64,000 bases of DNA from Oscillospiraceae bacterium (GTDB lineage Bacteria; Bacillota; Clostridia; Oscillospirales; Oscillospiraceae): NCBI GenBank assembly GCA_902765025.1, contig CACWYC010000001.1:71586-135585 (forward strand), in the 5' to 3' direction. This document shows, one piece after another, positions 47,210 to 56,136 of this stretch. Made by a program: the position numbers and the translations under genes. A model generated the notes under the pieces. That model worked only from the letters and a program-made list of their open reading frames with translations, made no database searches and had not been told where the DNA came from. How positions within the stretch are numbered: the first letter of the stretch is position 1; every line of letters begins with the position of its first letter.

Positions 47210-48607
47210 ATGTTACAGTTTCATCCGCTGGAGCAGCGGGATATCCCCCATTTGAGAGCATATTACGCCCGGTGCAGCTACCGCCTGTGTGAGTACGCCG
47301 TGGGCACCAAATATATGTGGCGCGGTTATCTCCACCCGGCCTGGGCGGAGGAGGCGGGCTGCCTCATCATCCGCAACACCATCGAGGGCAAGGTGCAGTT
47401 TGACTATCCCATTCCCGGCGAGAACGGCGACGAGGACGCCGCCCTCACCGCCATAGAGCGTTACTGTACCGCCCAGGGCATCCAGCCGGTGCTGTCGGTG
47501 GTGCCGGAGGTGAAAGCGCCCCTTTTGACCGCCCGCTATCCCCGGGTGGAGGTGGTGAATCTCCGTGTGTGGAAGGATTATATCTATCGCGCCCAGGATT
47601 TGATTTCCTTCGCCGGACGCCATTACAGCGGCCAGCGCAACCATATTCACCGCTTCCGCCGGGAACATCCCGACGCCTTTTTCCGTCCTATTACGGAAGA
47701 GGACGGCGCGCTGCTGGCCCGGTTCTGGGAGGATTACGACGCAGAGTTCAGCAAGGAGGACAAGCTGGCCCAGTGGGAACTGGAGGAGGCCCGGGAGATG
47801 TTCGCCCAGCTGGGCACCGGGGCCTTTATCGCCGGCGGCATGATGGACGGCGACAGGCTCATCGCCGTGTGCCTGGCGGAGAAGTGCGGCGATACGCTGG
47901 TGGACCACATCGAAAAGGCGCTGTACTCCTACGACGGCGTCTACCCCACCATGGTGCAGGAATTCGCCGCCCACTACGCCGCCGACTGCCAGTGGATCAA
48001 CCGGGAGGACGACGCCCGGGACAAGGGGCTGCGCACCTCCAAGCTGCAATATCTCCCGGCGGAGCTGGGCAGCAAGTACTACTTCTCCGTGGGCAACGAG
48101 CTGGAGCTGCTGCCCGCCATCCCCACCCTCCACACCGACCGCCTGACCCTGGACGCCCTGATAGAGGGGGACAAGACCGCCTACAACGCCCTGTGTCTGG
48201 ACGATGACCGCAACCGCTGGTGGGGCTACGATTATCGCACCGACCTCCAAGGCCCATTGACAGAGGACTATTTCCTGGACGTGACCCGGGAGGACTTCTC
48301 CCGCCGCCGGGCTGTGAATTTCGCCCTGCGGCTGGACGGACAGTGCATCGGCGAGGCGGTGCTGTATAACTGCGACTGGCGGGGCGGCATGGAGCTGGGC
48401 TGCCGCGTGGCTCCGGCCCATGCTGGCCACGGCTACGGCACGGAGGCCTTTGCTGCCGTGGCGGAGTGGGCGCTGTACCGCCTGGGGCTTGCCAAAGTGG
48501 TGGCAAAGTGCTATCGTGAAAACGAGGCATCCTTCCGCATGCTGTCATCCTGTATGCGCAAGATGGGGGAGGACGACACCTTCTTCTATTTTGAGAAAAC
48601 AGTATAA
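47210..48607 (+). CDS. DUF2156 (aminoacyl-PG synthase C-terminal-like) domain fused to a RimJ/RimL GNAT domain
   Basis: DYIY...FAGRHYSGQRNHI, HIEKA, INREDD-x2-DKGLRTSKLQY, then RLTLDAL...HAGHGYGTEA...NEASFRM. Confidence 0.8.
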   Translation: MLQFHPLEQRDIPHLRAYYARCSYRLCEYAVGTKYMWRGYLHPAWAEEAGCLIIRNTIEGKVQFDYPIPGENGDEDAALTAIERYCTAQGIQPVLSVVPEVKAPLLTARYPRVEVVNLRVWKDYIYRAQDLISFAGRHYSGQRNHIHRFRREHPDAFFRPITEEDGALLARFWEDYDAEFSKEDKLAQWELEEAREMFAQLGTGAFIAGGMMDGDRLIAVCLAEKCGDTLVDHIEKALYSYDGVYPTMVQEFAAHYAADCQWINREDDARDKGLRTSKLQYLPAELGSKYYFSVGNELELLPAIPTLHTDRLTLDALIEGDKTAYNALCLDDDRNRWWGYDYRTDLQGPLTEDYFLDVTREDFSRRRAVNFALRLDGQCIGEAVLYNCDWRGGMELGCRVAPAHAGHGYGTEAFAAVAEWALYRLGLAKVVAKCYRENEASFRMLSSCMRKMGEDDTFFYFEKTV

Positions 48608-48640
48608 ATCCCCAATTCACAGAGAAAGGGGGGATAGCCG

Positions 48641-49582
48641 GTGGCTGTCAAAAGAAAGAGAAAGCGCTACCGCGGCAGACGTCTGCGGCCCCAATTTATT
48701 CTATTTTGCGCCGTAATGGTGGCGCTGGTGTGTGGCTTGGTGCTTCTGCTGCGCCGGGCTCCCGTGTTTCGCCATGACAATGCCACGGCTGTCCCAAGCG
48801 GCGATCCTGTGGCGGGGGAGGTATCCACTATTCCGGCGGGCTATATCTCGGCAGAGGGCGACATCCACAGCGGCTCGCTGATTCTGGTGAGCAACGACCA
48901 CCCCTACACCTTCCCGGCGGAGGTGGAGCTGGTGACCACGTTGGAGCAGAATATCAGCGGCTACATGGCCCGGGACTACACGGTGAAGCAGGAAAAAGCG
49001 GCCTTTACCGCCTTTGACAGCCTGTTTCGCGCCTTTGCCGCCGCCACCGGCAAGCAGGACGTGAATATTTCCTCCGCCTACCGCAGCTACGATGAGCAGC
49101 AGGAGGTGTACGCCGCCTCCGCCGCGGAGAATGGGCGGGATCACGCCGACAGTTACGTGACCCAGCCGGGCTGCAGCGAGCACCACACCGGCCTGGCGGT
49201 GGATTTGACCCGCTACGATGTGCGGACGGGGCATTCCTACGACTTCACCGGCGATGGGGAGTATGGATGGATTCACACCCATGGCCCGGAGTACGGCATC
49301 GTCATGCGCTACGCCGCGGATAAGGAACCCATCACCGGCATTGCCGAGGAGAGCTGGCACTTGCGGTACGTGGGCGTACCCCACGCCGCCTACATGGCGG
49401 AGCACAACCTGTGCCTGGAGGAATATTTAGACCTGCTGCGGGACTACCCGGTGTCCAATCCGCTGCGGTACAACGGTTTCTACATGTACTTCTGCCCGGA
49501 TGGACAGCTCCTGGTGCCGGAGAGCGGCGATTATACCGTTTCCGGCAACAACGTGGACGGCTTTATCGTCACGGTACAATAA
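48641..49582 (+). CDS. M15B D-Ala-D-Ala carboxypeptidase (VanY-like) with N-terminal membrane anchor
   Basis: SAYRSYDEQ, PGCSEHHTGLAVD, ESWHLRYVG. Confidence 0.9.
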   Translation: MAVKRKRKRYRGRRLRPQFILFCAVMVALVCGLVLLLRRAPVFRHDNATAVPSGDPVAGEVSTIPAGYISAEGDIHSGSLILVSNDHPYTFPAEVELVTTLEQNISGYMARDYTVKQEKAAFTAFDSLFRAFAAATGKQDVNISSAYRSYDEQQEVYAASAAENGRDHADSYVTQPGCSEHHTGLAVDLTRYDVRTGHSYDFTGDGEYGWIHTHGPEYGIVMRYAADKEPITGIAEESWHLRYVGVPHAAYMAEHNLCLEEYLDLLRDYPVSNPLRYNGFYMYFCPDGQLLVPESGDYTVSGNNVDGFIVTVQ

Positions 49583-49629
49583 TGCAGTAACATCACCGGC
49601 GGATGATTTCGCCGGTGATGTTTTGCCCA

Positions 49630-50067
49630 TTACAGGAATTGCCGCATCTCCATACCCAGCTGCTCCTCCACCGCCACCAGTGTGCGGCACAGCGCCCGGG
49701 CGGGCACCTCGGCCCCCTTGTACTGGTCCAGATACCCCCGCAGCGACTTGGCGCCCATGTGGCACCCGTCGGAAATCAGGGACGCCACCGATTTGTCGCT
49801 GTGGTCTACGGTGAGATGGGCGGCGGTTTTCATCTCCGCCATCTTCCGGGCCACGGGATGGGGCTCCTTCTCGTTGCCGCCGCACTTTTCCAGCATGGTC
49901 TGTACCTCCCGGCCAATCCATTCGTGCTGTTGGCGGCTGGTGTTCAGCAGCGCTTTCAGGGCCGGGGCCTGGGCGTGCTCCCGCACGCCGTCCAGGGAGT
50001 CGGTGGCCATCTTCACCCCGGCGTCGCACTCCTTCAGCAGATGCAGTGTATCGTTGTTGGTCATCAT
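49630..50067 (-). CDS. Conserved hypothetical protein (helical, ferritin-like; possibly sporulation-associated)
   Basis: DTLHLLKECDAGVKMA...DGCHMGAKSL; host-like codon usage, RBS AAGGAGG. Confidence 0.65.
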   Translation of the reverse strand: MMTNNDTLHLLKECDAGVKMATDSLDGVREHAQAPALKALLNTSRQQHEWIGREVQTMLEKCGGNEKEPHPVARKMAEMKTAAHLTVDHSDKSVASLISDGCHMGAKSLRGYLDQYKGAEVPARALCRTLVAVEEQLGMEMRQFL

Positions 50068-50076
50068 GTGCCCTCC

Positions 50077-50256
50077 TTAAAAAGCCTGGGGGCGGTCCTC
50101 AAAGGAGAGATTTTCCGCCTCCCGCTGTAAATCGTCCATGGTGCGGATGCCCAGCCCCCACAGCTTTTCCTGGGCCTGGGGCGACAGGGCATAAAAGTAC
50201 TCATAGGCGGCGGCGTCGCCGTTCAAAAGATCGTTCAAATCCGTATTCTGCCACAT
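50077..50256 (-). CDS. Small hypothetical protein (59 aa)
   Basis: ATG at 50256 with GGAGGT RBS; abuts the next ORF. Confidence 0.6.
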   Translation of the reverse strand: MWQNTDLNDLLNGDAAAYEYFYALSPQAQEKLWGLGIRTMDDLQREAENLSFEDRPQAF

Positions 50257-50308
50257 AAAAAACACCTCCGCGCCTATTATGCGCGAAGGTGCCTCTTTTA
50301 TACGGCGT

Positions 50309-51589
50309 TTACCGCTGATATTCAAACTCCAAGTCGTACATGGACACGATGTCGCCGTCCTGGATGCCCATGGCCTCCAACTGGTCGAACAGGCCGGATT
50401 GGCGGAGCATCTTATCGAAATACATACGGCTTTCGTAGTCGGAAAAATTGATGTTGCCCATAAGCCGTTGCAGCCAGGGGCCCTCCACCAGCCAGGTGTT
50501 GTCCTCCCGCTCAATGTGGAGCGGCTCGCTGGTGTCCACCTGGGGCGGACGGGGCACGTACTCCGGCTCGTACACCGTGACGGGGGGCAGCTCCTGGAGC
50601 CGCTGGCCGATGAGCTGCACCAGCTCCCGGGTGCCCTGGTGGGTGGCGGCAGACATGGCCAGCACCGGGTAGCCCAAGGCGGCCACATGGGCCCGGAAGT
50701 CCTCCAAAAGCTGGGGGTCGGACAACAAATCCGTCTTGTTGGCCACCACGATCTGGGGCCGGGTGGCCAGGTCGGGGGAGTACTGCTTCAGCTCCTCGTT
50801 GATGGCGTCAAAGTCGGCGATGGGGTCCCGGCCCTCGCTGCCGCTGACGTCCACCAGATGCACCAGCAGCCGGCAGCGGTCAATGTGCCGCAGGAAGTCG
50901 TGGCCCAGGCCGGCGCCCTCGCTGGCGCCCTCGATGATGCCCGGAATGTCCGCCATCACGAAGCTGACGCCGTCGTCCACATACACCACGCCCAGATTGG
51001 GGTAGAGAGTGGTGAAGTGGTAGTTGGCGATTTTGGGATGGGCCTTGCTTACCACGGACAGGAGGGTGGATTTGCCCACGTTGGGGAAGCCCACCAGCCC
51101 CACGTCCGCCAGCAGCTTCAGCTCCAGCACCACGTCGTGGGCCTCGCCGGGCAGGCCCGCCTTGGCGAACCGGGGCACCTGCCGGGTGGGGGTGGCGAAA
51201 TGCTGGTTGCCCCAGCCGCCCCGGCCGCCCTTGCACAGCACGAAGGGCTCGTCGGTGGACATATCCTTGATGATCTCATTTGTCTCCGCGTCGCGGACAA
51301 GGGTGCCCCGGGGCACCCGGATGGTGAGATTCTCGCCGTCCCGGCCGCTCTTGCGTCCGCCGGCGCCGTCCACACCATTTGACGCCACATATTTGCGCTT
51401 GTAGCGGAAGTCCATCAGCGTGGACATGTGGTCGTCCACCACCAGGATGATGGAGCCGCCGTCACCGCCGTCACCGCCGTCGGGGCCGCCGGCGGCCACG
51501 TATTTCTCCCGGTGGAAGGCCACCGCGCCGTTGCCGCCGTTGCCGGCCCGGCAGGTGATGCGGGCCTTATCAATAAAACCAGTTGCCAT
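50309..51589 (-). CDS. obgE: GTPase ObgE/CgtA
   Basis: GGPDGGDGG Obg fold, GFPNVGKST, YHFTT, DIPG, NKTD, DUF1967 tail. Confidence 0.97.
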   Translation of the reverse strand: MATGFIDKARITCRAGNGGNGAVAFHREKYVAAGGPDGGDGGDGGSIILVVDDHMSTLMDFRYKRKYVASNGVDGAGGRKSGRDGENLTIRVPRGTLVRDAETNEIIKDMSTDEPFVLCKGGRGGWGNQHFATPTRQVPRFAKAGLPGEAHDVVLELKLLADVGLVGFPNVGKSTLLSVVSKAHPKIANYHFTTLYPNLGVVYVDDGVSFVMADIPGIIEGASEGAGLGHDFLRHIDRCRLLVHLVDVSGSEGRDPIADFDAINEELKQYSPDLATRPQIVVANKTDLLSDPQLLEDFRAHVAALGYPVLAMSAATHQGTRELVQLIGQRLQELPPVTVYEPEYVPRPPQVDTSEPLHIEREDNTWLVEGPWLQRLMGNINFSDYESRMYFDKMLRQSGLFDQLEAMGIQDGDIVSMYDLEFEYQR

Positions 51590-51690
51590 AGTGAAATACC
51601 TCAAATTCAGTGTACCATTTTCCGACCCATTTTATCCGAAATGCCGCCATCCGTCAAGAGGCGGTGGGGAGAGCGTTTTATCAGAAGAAA

Positions 51691-51721
51691 AAAAGTTCCC
51701 AGCCATCGGGCTGGGAACTTT
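51691..51721 (-). terminator. Terminator after rpmA
   Basis: AAAGTTCCCAGCC-atcg-GGCTGGGAACTTT with a T tract on the minus strand. Confidence 0.7.
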
Positions 51722-51730
51722 GCACATCAA

Positions 51731-52015
51731 TTACTCGGCGGGGTAAACAGAGACCTTCTTACGATCCTTGCCCAGACGCTCGAAACGGACTACGCCGTCA
51801 GCGGTGGCAAACAGAGTGTCGTCGGTACCGATGCCCACGTTGGTGCCGGGATGAATGTGGGTGCCGCGCTGGCGCACCAGAATGTTGCCAGCCAGAACGA
51901 ACTGACCGTCAGCCCGCTTGGGCCCAAGACGCTTGGACTCAGAGTCACGGCCGTTCTTGGTGGAGCCCATACCTTTTTTATGGGCGAAGAACTGCAGACC
52001 AATGTTCAACATCAT
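51731..52015 (-). CDS. rpmA: 50S ribosomal protein L27 with Prp-cleaved N-terminal extension
   Basis: LQFF|[15 protein letters not shown]. Confidence 0.98.
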   Translation of the reverse strand: MMLNIGLQFFAHKKGMGSTKNGRDSESKRLGPKRADGQFVLAGNILVRQRGTHIHPGTNVGIGTDDTLFATADGVVRFERLGKDRKKVSVYPAE

Positions 52016-52056
52016 TCAGTACATCCTTTCTATAAGATGATCGGGGAGAAGGGGGC

Positions 52057-52386
52057 TTACGCCTCCATCACTTCGATATGTTCCGGATACTCGTCGTGAA
52101 GCTCCGTCAGGTAGACCATGAGGCCCGCCAGCAGATTCTGACAGGTGGACTCAGCCGTCTGCCCCAGGCCCCCGGGAAGCCGGAGGGCGATGGTGGCGGT
52201 GTCTTCATTGACTTTCACCGAGGCGCACAGCCCCATCACGTCGTTGATGGTGGCGTTCACCAGGCGCACGGCGCTGGTGATGGCGGCGCAGACGATATCC
52301 TCGCCCGCCTCGCCGTAGCCGCTGTGGCCCACTGCATCAAATCCGATGATGCGGCGTTCCTCTGTGAGGAATGTTACGGTCGTCAT
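52057..52386 (-). CDS. prp: Ribosomal-processing cysteine protease Prp
   Basis: GHSGY...DIVCAAIT; located between rplU and rpmA. Confidence 0.93.
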   Translation of the reverse strand: MTTVTFLTEERRIIGFDAVGHSGYGEAGEDIVCAAITSAVRLVNATINDVMGLCASVKVNEDTATIALRLPGGLGQTAESTCQNLLAGLMVYLTELHDEYPEHIEVMEA

Positions 52387-52389
52387 GCC

Positions 52390-52701
52390 TTAGAAAGAAA
52401 TCTTGCCGATTTCCACCTTGGTGTAAGGCTGACGATGACCCTGGCGTTTACGATAGCCCTTCTTGGGGGTGTACTTGAAGATACGAATCTTCTTGCCCTT
52501 GCCGTTCTTCACGACCTTGGCGTCCACCTTCGCGCCCTCCACCACGGGAGTGCCGAACTTGGTGTTCTCACCATCGACGATGGCCAGAACCTGATCGAAA
52601 ACCACGCTGTCACCAGCCTCAACGGGCAGCTTCTCGATGAACAGAGTGTCACCCTCGCTGACGTTGTACTGCTTACCACCGGTTACGATAATAGCCTGCA
52701 T
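52390..52701 (-). CDS. rplU: 50S ribosomal protein L21
   Basis: [24 protein letters not shown]. Confidence 0.98.
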   Translation of the reverse strand: MQAIIVTGGKQYNVSEGDTLFIEKLPVEAGDSVVFDQVLAIVDGENTKFGTPVVEGAKVDAKVVKNGKGKKIRIFKYTPKKGYRKRQGHRQPYTKVEIGKISF

Positions 52702-52729
52702 TTGTGTGTTGCACCTACCTTTCCTTTAT

Positions 52730-52792
52730 GACGGACTCGCTGTCGGGGGCGTCCGGAGCCATGTCCGGCTCTTATGACCCATTCAAAGCGGC
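52730..52792 (-). promoter_or_regulatory. Probable L21 leader RNA
   Basis: Structured 5' UTR upstream of rplU (GCCGC...hairpin...ACAGCGAGTC); family assigned from position and recalled shape. Confidence 0.5.
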
Positions 52793-52866
52793 TTTCCTAT
52801 TATAGCGATGTAACTGCCTTTTGTCAACAAATTTCCGGGATATTTTTTATCTATTTCGCTGAAATG

Positions 52867-53337
52867 TTACGCCTCGGGGTAGGCAAGCTGCCCCTCCGTC
52901 CAATGGGCGATGACGCCACCATACCAGCGGCAGCATTCCCGGCCCAGGTCCACGTCAAGATTCACGTAGTTGCCGCATTCCCGGGGGCTTTTGCCGGGCA
53001 TGGGGCCGCTGTATTCCGCCGCCTGGGCGAACACACGCTGCACCAGGGCGATGGCCTGGCCGTCGGTGAGGCGGGCGCTGTCAAAGAGGAAGTAGAAGCC
53101 CGTCTGGCAGCCCATGGGGCCGAAGTAGATGACGGCGTCCTTCTCCGGGCTGTTGCGCAAAAAGGTGGCGATGAGATGCTCCACCGAGTGCATCTGGGCG
53201 TTGGTCAGTAAATCGCCGGTATTGGGCTTCTTAAACCGCAGGTCGAAGGTGGTGACGCTGCCGTCCCGGCGGCTGAGATACAGCCCCGGCACCAGCACGT
53301 CATGATTGACAGTAAAGCTGGCAATGCGCTCCATCAT
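52867..53337 (-). CDS. luxS: S-ribosylhomocysteine lyase (AI-2 synthase)
   Basis: IASFTVNH, HSVEH, GPMGCQTGFY, ECGNY. Confidence 0.95.
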   Translation of the reverse strand: MMERIASFTVNHDVLVPGLYLSRRDGSVTTFDLRFKKPNTGDLLTNAQMHSVEHLIATFLRNSPEKDAVIYFGPMGCQTGFYFLFDSARLTDGQAIALVQRVFAQAAEYSGPMPGKSPRECGNYVNLDVDLGRECCRWYGGVIAHWTEGQLAYPEA

Positions 53338-54008
53338 TACACCTCCAGATGATCCAGGAAGGCCATAACGGCCTCGTTGAGCTGGGCCATAGCGGTGGGG
53401 AAATTGAAGAAATAATCCTGCTTCACCACCAGACAGTCGGACACCGACTTGATGGCCATACACTTCACGCCGTTGCGGTAGCACACCTGGGCCACGGCGC
53501 AGCCCTCCATCTCGCACAGCAGGGGGTGGAAGTTGTCCCGGATGAAGTCCACCCGCTGCCCCGGCACGGCAAACCAGTCGCCGGTGGCCACAAGGCCGGT
53601 GCGGTACTGGAGCCCGGCGGCCTCCATGGCGGCCCGGGCCTTCTCCTGGTAGGCGGTGGGCAGCACCTTGCGATTTACGGTGGCAATCAGCCCCAAAGCG
53701 TCGGGGCCGTCCACGGCGCTGGTGTCAAAATCGTGCTGCATAAAGCCCTCCGCCAGCACCAGCGTGCCGATGGGCACCTCCTCAAAGCAGCCTGCCACAC
53801 CGGCGTTGAGGATCAGGTCGGGGTGGAAGCGGTCGATGCAGAGCTGGGCGGCCATGGCGGCGTTCACCTTGCCCACGCCGCCGCAGCAGGCGATGACGTT
53901 CTGGCGGATATGGTAGAATTTCACCCCCGCCACCTCGTCCATAGGGGCGGCGTCCCCCACCAGGCTGGCGATTTCCGAGGGCATGGCGTAAAAGAGCGCA
54001 ATTTTCAC
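53337..54008 (-). CDS. mtnN: 5'-methylthioadenosine/S-adenosylhomocysteine nucleosidase
   Basis: GVGKVNAA, NAGVAG, TGDWF, EMEGCAVAQV, KSVSD; coupled to luxS. Confidence 0.93.
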   Translation of the reverse strand: MKIALFYAMPSEIASLVGDAAPMDEVAGVKFYHIRQNVIACCGGVGKVNAAMAAQLCIDRFHPDLILNAGVAGCFEEVPIGTLVLAEGFMQHDFDTSAVDGPDALGLIATVNRKVLPTAYQEKARAAMEAAGLQYRTGLVATGDWFAVPGQRVDFIRDNFHPLLCEMEGCAVAQVCYRNGVKCMAIKSVSDCLVVKQDYFFNFPTAMAQLNEAVMAFLDHLEV

Positions 54009-54127
54009 TGGATATTCCTCCCGACTTCATATCAGCCACTATATTAAAATGCCACCCTGCCAATGTCAAGTTGCAAATCGGGCGTATATCCGTTAAAATA
54101 GGAGAAAAGAGAGGGGAGGCGAGGGAC

Positions 54128-55303
54128 GTGTCCGTATGGGGCGTGGTATGTGAGTTCAATCCGTTTCACAATGGGCATGGGGCGCTGCTGTCGGCGCTGC
54201 GCAGCCGGGGCGCGGAAACCATCGTTTGCGCCATGTCCGGCAACTTCGTCCAGCGGGGCGAGCCGGCCATCGTGTCCAAGCTGGCCCGGGCGGAGATGGC
54301 CGTACGGGGCGGGGCGGATCTGGTGCTGGAGCTGCCTACCCCCTGGGCCACCGATACGGCGGAGCGCTTTGCCCGGGGCGGCGTGGCGGTGCTGGCTATG
54401 GCGGGCTGCGACGCCATCGCCTTCGGCAGCGAGAGCGGCGACACGGCGGCGCTGCATAAGGCGGCGGAAATCACCGCTGCCCGGGACTTCCCCCGGCTGG
54501 TAACGGAGCGCATGACGGACGGCACGCCCTACGCCGCGGCCCGCCAGCAGGCGGCAGAGACCCTGGGCGTGGCACAGGGCCTTTTGCGCTGTCCCAACGA
54601 CATTTTGGCGGTGGAATACTTGAAGGCGGCGGCAGACGTTGGAGTTTACATAACACCAATCGCCATCCCCCGCATCGGCCCGGCCCACGACGGCGGGGCT
54701 GTGGAGAACATCGCGTCGGCATCCTTTATCCGACAGCTGTTTTACGAAATGGATGACAAGGCATTCTCCTTTATACCGCATCACGGGGCGGAAATACTGC
54801 GCCGGGAGAGGGAAAAGGGCACATTTCCGGTTGACATAATCAATGCAGAGCGGGCCGTACTGGACCGCCTGCGGCGGATGACGGAGGCGGACTTTGCCCG
54901 CTACGACAGCGGGGGAGAGGGGCTGTATCGGCGGCTGCATCATGCCGCGGGCGAGGCGGTATCTTTGGCCGAGCTGCTGGAAGCCGTCAAAACCCGCCGC
55001 TATCCCACCGCCCGGCTCCGGCGGATGATACTGCGCTGCTACCTGGGCTTATCGTCCACGCCGGAGCGGGTGCCCTATCTCCGGGTACTGGCGGCCAATG
55101 AGGCGGGGCGGCGCCATCTGCGCAAGCTGCGCCACGCCGGCGCGCCGGTGCTGACCAAGGCGGCGGACGTGGCGGCCCTGGGCGCCGAGGCGGAGGCGCT
55201 GCTGCGGCAGGAGGCGATGTACACAGATTTGTACGCCCTGTGCTGCCCGGCGGTACAGCGGCCCGGCGGCGAGTGGCGCATCACCCCCTATATGACCCCG
55301 TGA
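54128..55303 (+). CDS. tmcAL: tRNA(Met) cytidine acetate ligase (HIGH nucleotidyltransferase)
   Basis: EFNPFHNGH, MSGNFVQRGEP, FGSE, PNDILAVEY, SASFIR. Confidence 0.9.
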   Translation: MSVWGVVCEFNPFHNGHGALLSALRSRGAETIVCAMSGNFVQRGEPAIVSKLARAEMAVRGGADLVLELPTPWATDTAERFARGGVAVLAMAGCDAIAFGSESGDTAALHKAAEITAARDFPRLVTERMTDGTPYAAARQQAAETLGVAQGLLRCPNDILAVEYLKAAADVGVYITPIAIPRIGPAHDGGAVENIASASFIRQLFYEMDDKAFSFIPHHGAEILRREREKGTFPVDIINAERAVLDRLRRMTEADFARYDSGGEGLYRRLHHAAGEAVSLAELLEAVKTRRYPTARLRRMILRCYLGLSSTPERVPYLRVLAANEAGRRHLRKLRHAGAPVLTKAADVAALGAEAEALLRQEAMYTDLYALCCPAVQRPGGEWRITPYMTP

Positions 55304-55404
55304 CAACCGGAAGTTGACAAAAAAGGCGGGAGGGCAACGCCAGGTTGCTTTACAATCCCCTCCATTTGTGCTACCATACCACCGCATGAAAGGAGAGACA
55401 TACC

Positions 55405-56136
55405 ATGTTAAATGTATCTCACGTTACCAAGAATTACGGCAAGGTGCTGGCGTGTAACGACGTTAGTTTCACCCTGGACGACGGCAGCGTCACGGTACTG
55501 CTGGGGCCCAACGGCGCCGGTAAGAGCACCATTATGAAGGCCATCATCGGCTTCTTGCGCTATAAGGGCGAGATTACCGTTGACGATATTCCCAATAAGT
55601 CCGTCCGCGCCCGGCGGATTCTGGGTTACATCCCGGAGCTGCCCTCCCTGTACCCCAACCTGACGGTGGCGGAGCACATGGAATTTCTGGCCCGGGCCTA
55701 CCGCCTGGAGAATTACAAGGGCCGCATTGACCAGCTGCTGGAGCGTTTCGAGCTGGCGGATAAGCGGAAAAAGTTCGGCGATGAGCTGAGCAAGGGCATG
55801 CAGCAGAAGCTGAATCTCTGCCTGGGCCTGCTGCCCCAGCCCCAGGTGCTGCTGCTGGATGAGCCCATGATCGGCCTGGATCCCCACGCCATCAAGGAGC
55901 TGAAATCCGCCATTGAGGAGATGCGGCAGGAGGGGCGGACGCTGCTGGTCAGCACCCACATCATCGACAGCGTGGATATGCTGTGGGACCGCACCCTCAT
56001 CATGCAGGGCGGCACCATCCGCGCCAACATGCAGCGCCATGAGCTGGCGCAGGACGGCCGCACGCTGGAGCAGCTGTTCTTCGACGTCACCGAGGGCGTG
56101 GAGCGCAGCCATATGACCGGGGAGGCGGCGGAATGA
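55405..56136 (+). CDS. ABC exporter ATP-binding subunit
   Basis: GPNGAGKST, LSKGMQQK, LDEPMIGLDP. Confidence 0.93.
   Translation: MLNVSHVTKNYGKVLACNDVSFTLDDGSVTVLLGPNGAGKSTIMKAIIGFLRYKGEITVDDIPNKSVRARRILGYIPELPSLYPNLTVAEHMEFLARAYRLENYKGRIDQLLERFELADKRKKFGDELSKGMQQKLNLCLGLLPQPQVLLLDEPMIGLDPHAIKELKSAIEEMRQEGRTLLVSTHIIDSVDMLWDRTLIMQGGTIRANMQRHELAQDGRTLEQLFFDVTEGVERSHMTGEAAE

Noticed and set aside
48641-49582. Vancomycin-resistance cluster
   Set aside because: Only a VanY-like peptidase is present; there is no D-Ala-D-Lac/Ser ligase, vanX/H or vanRS.
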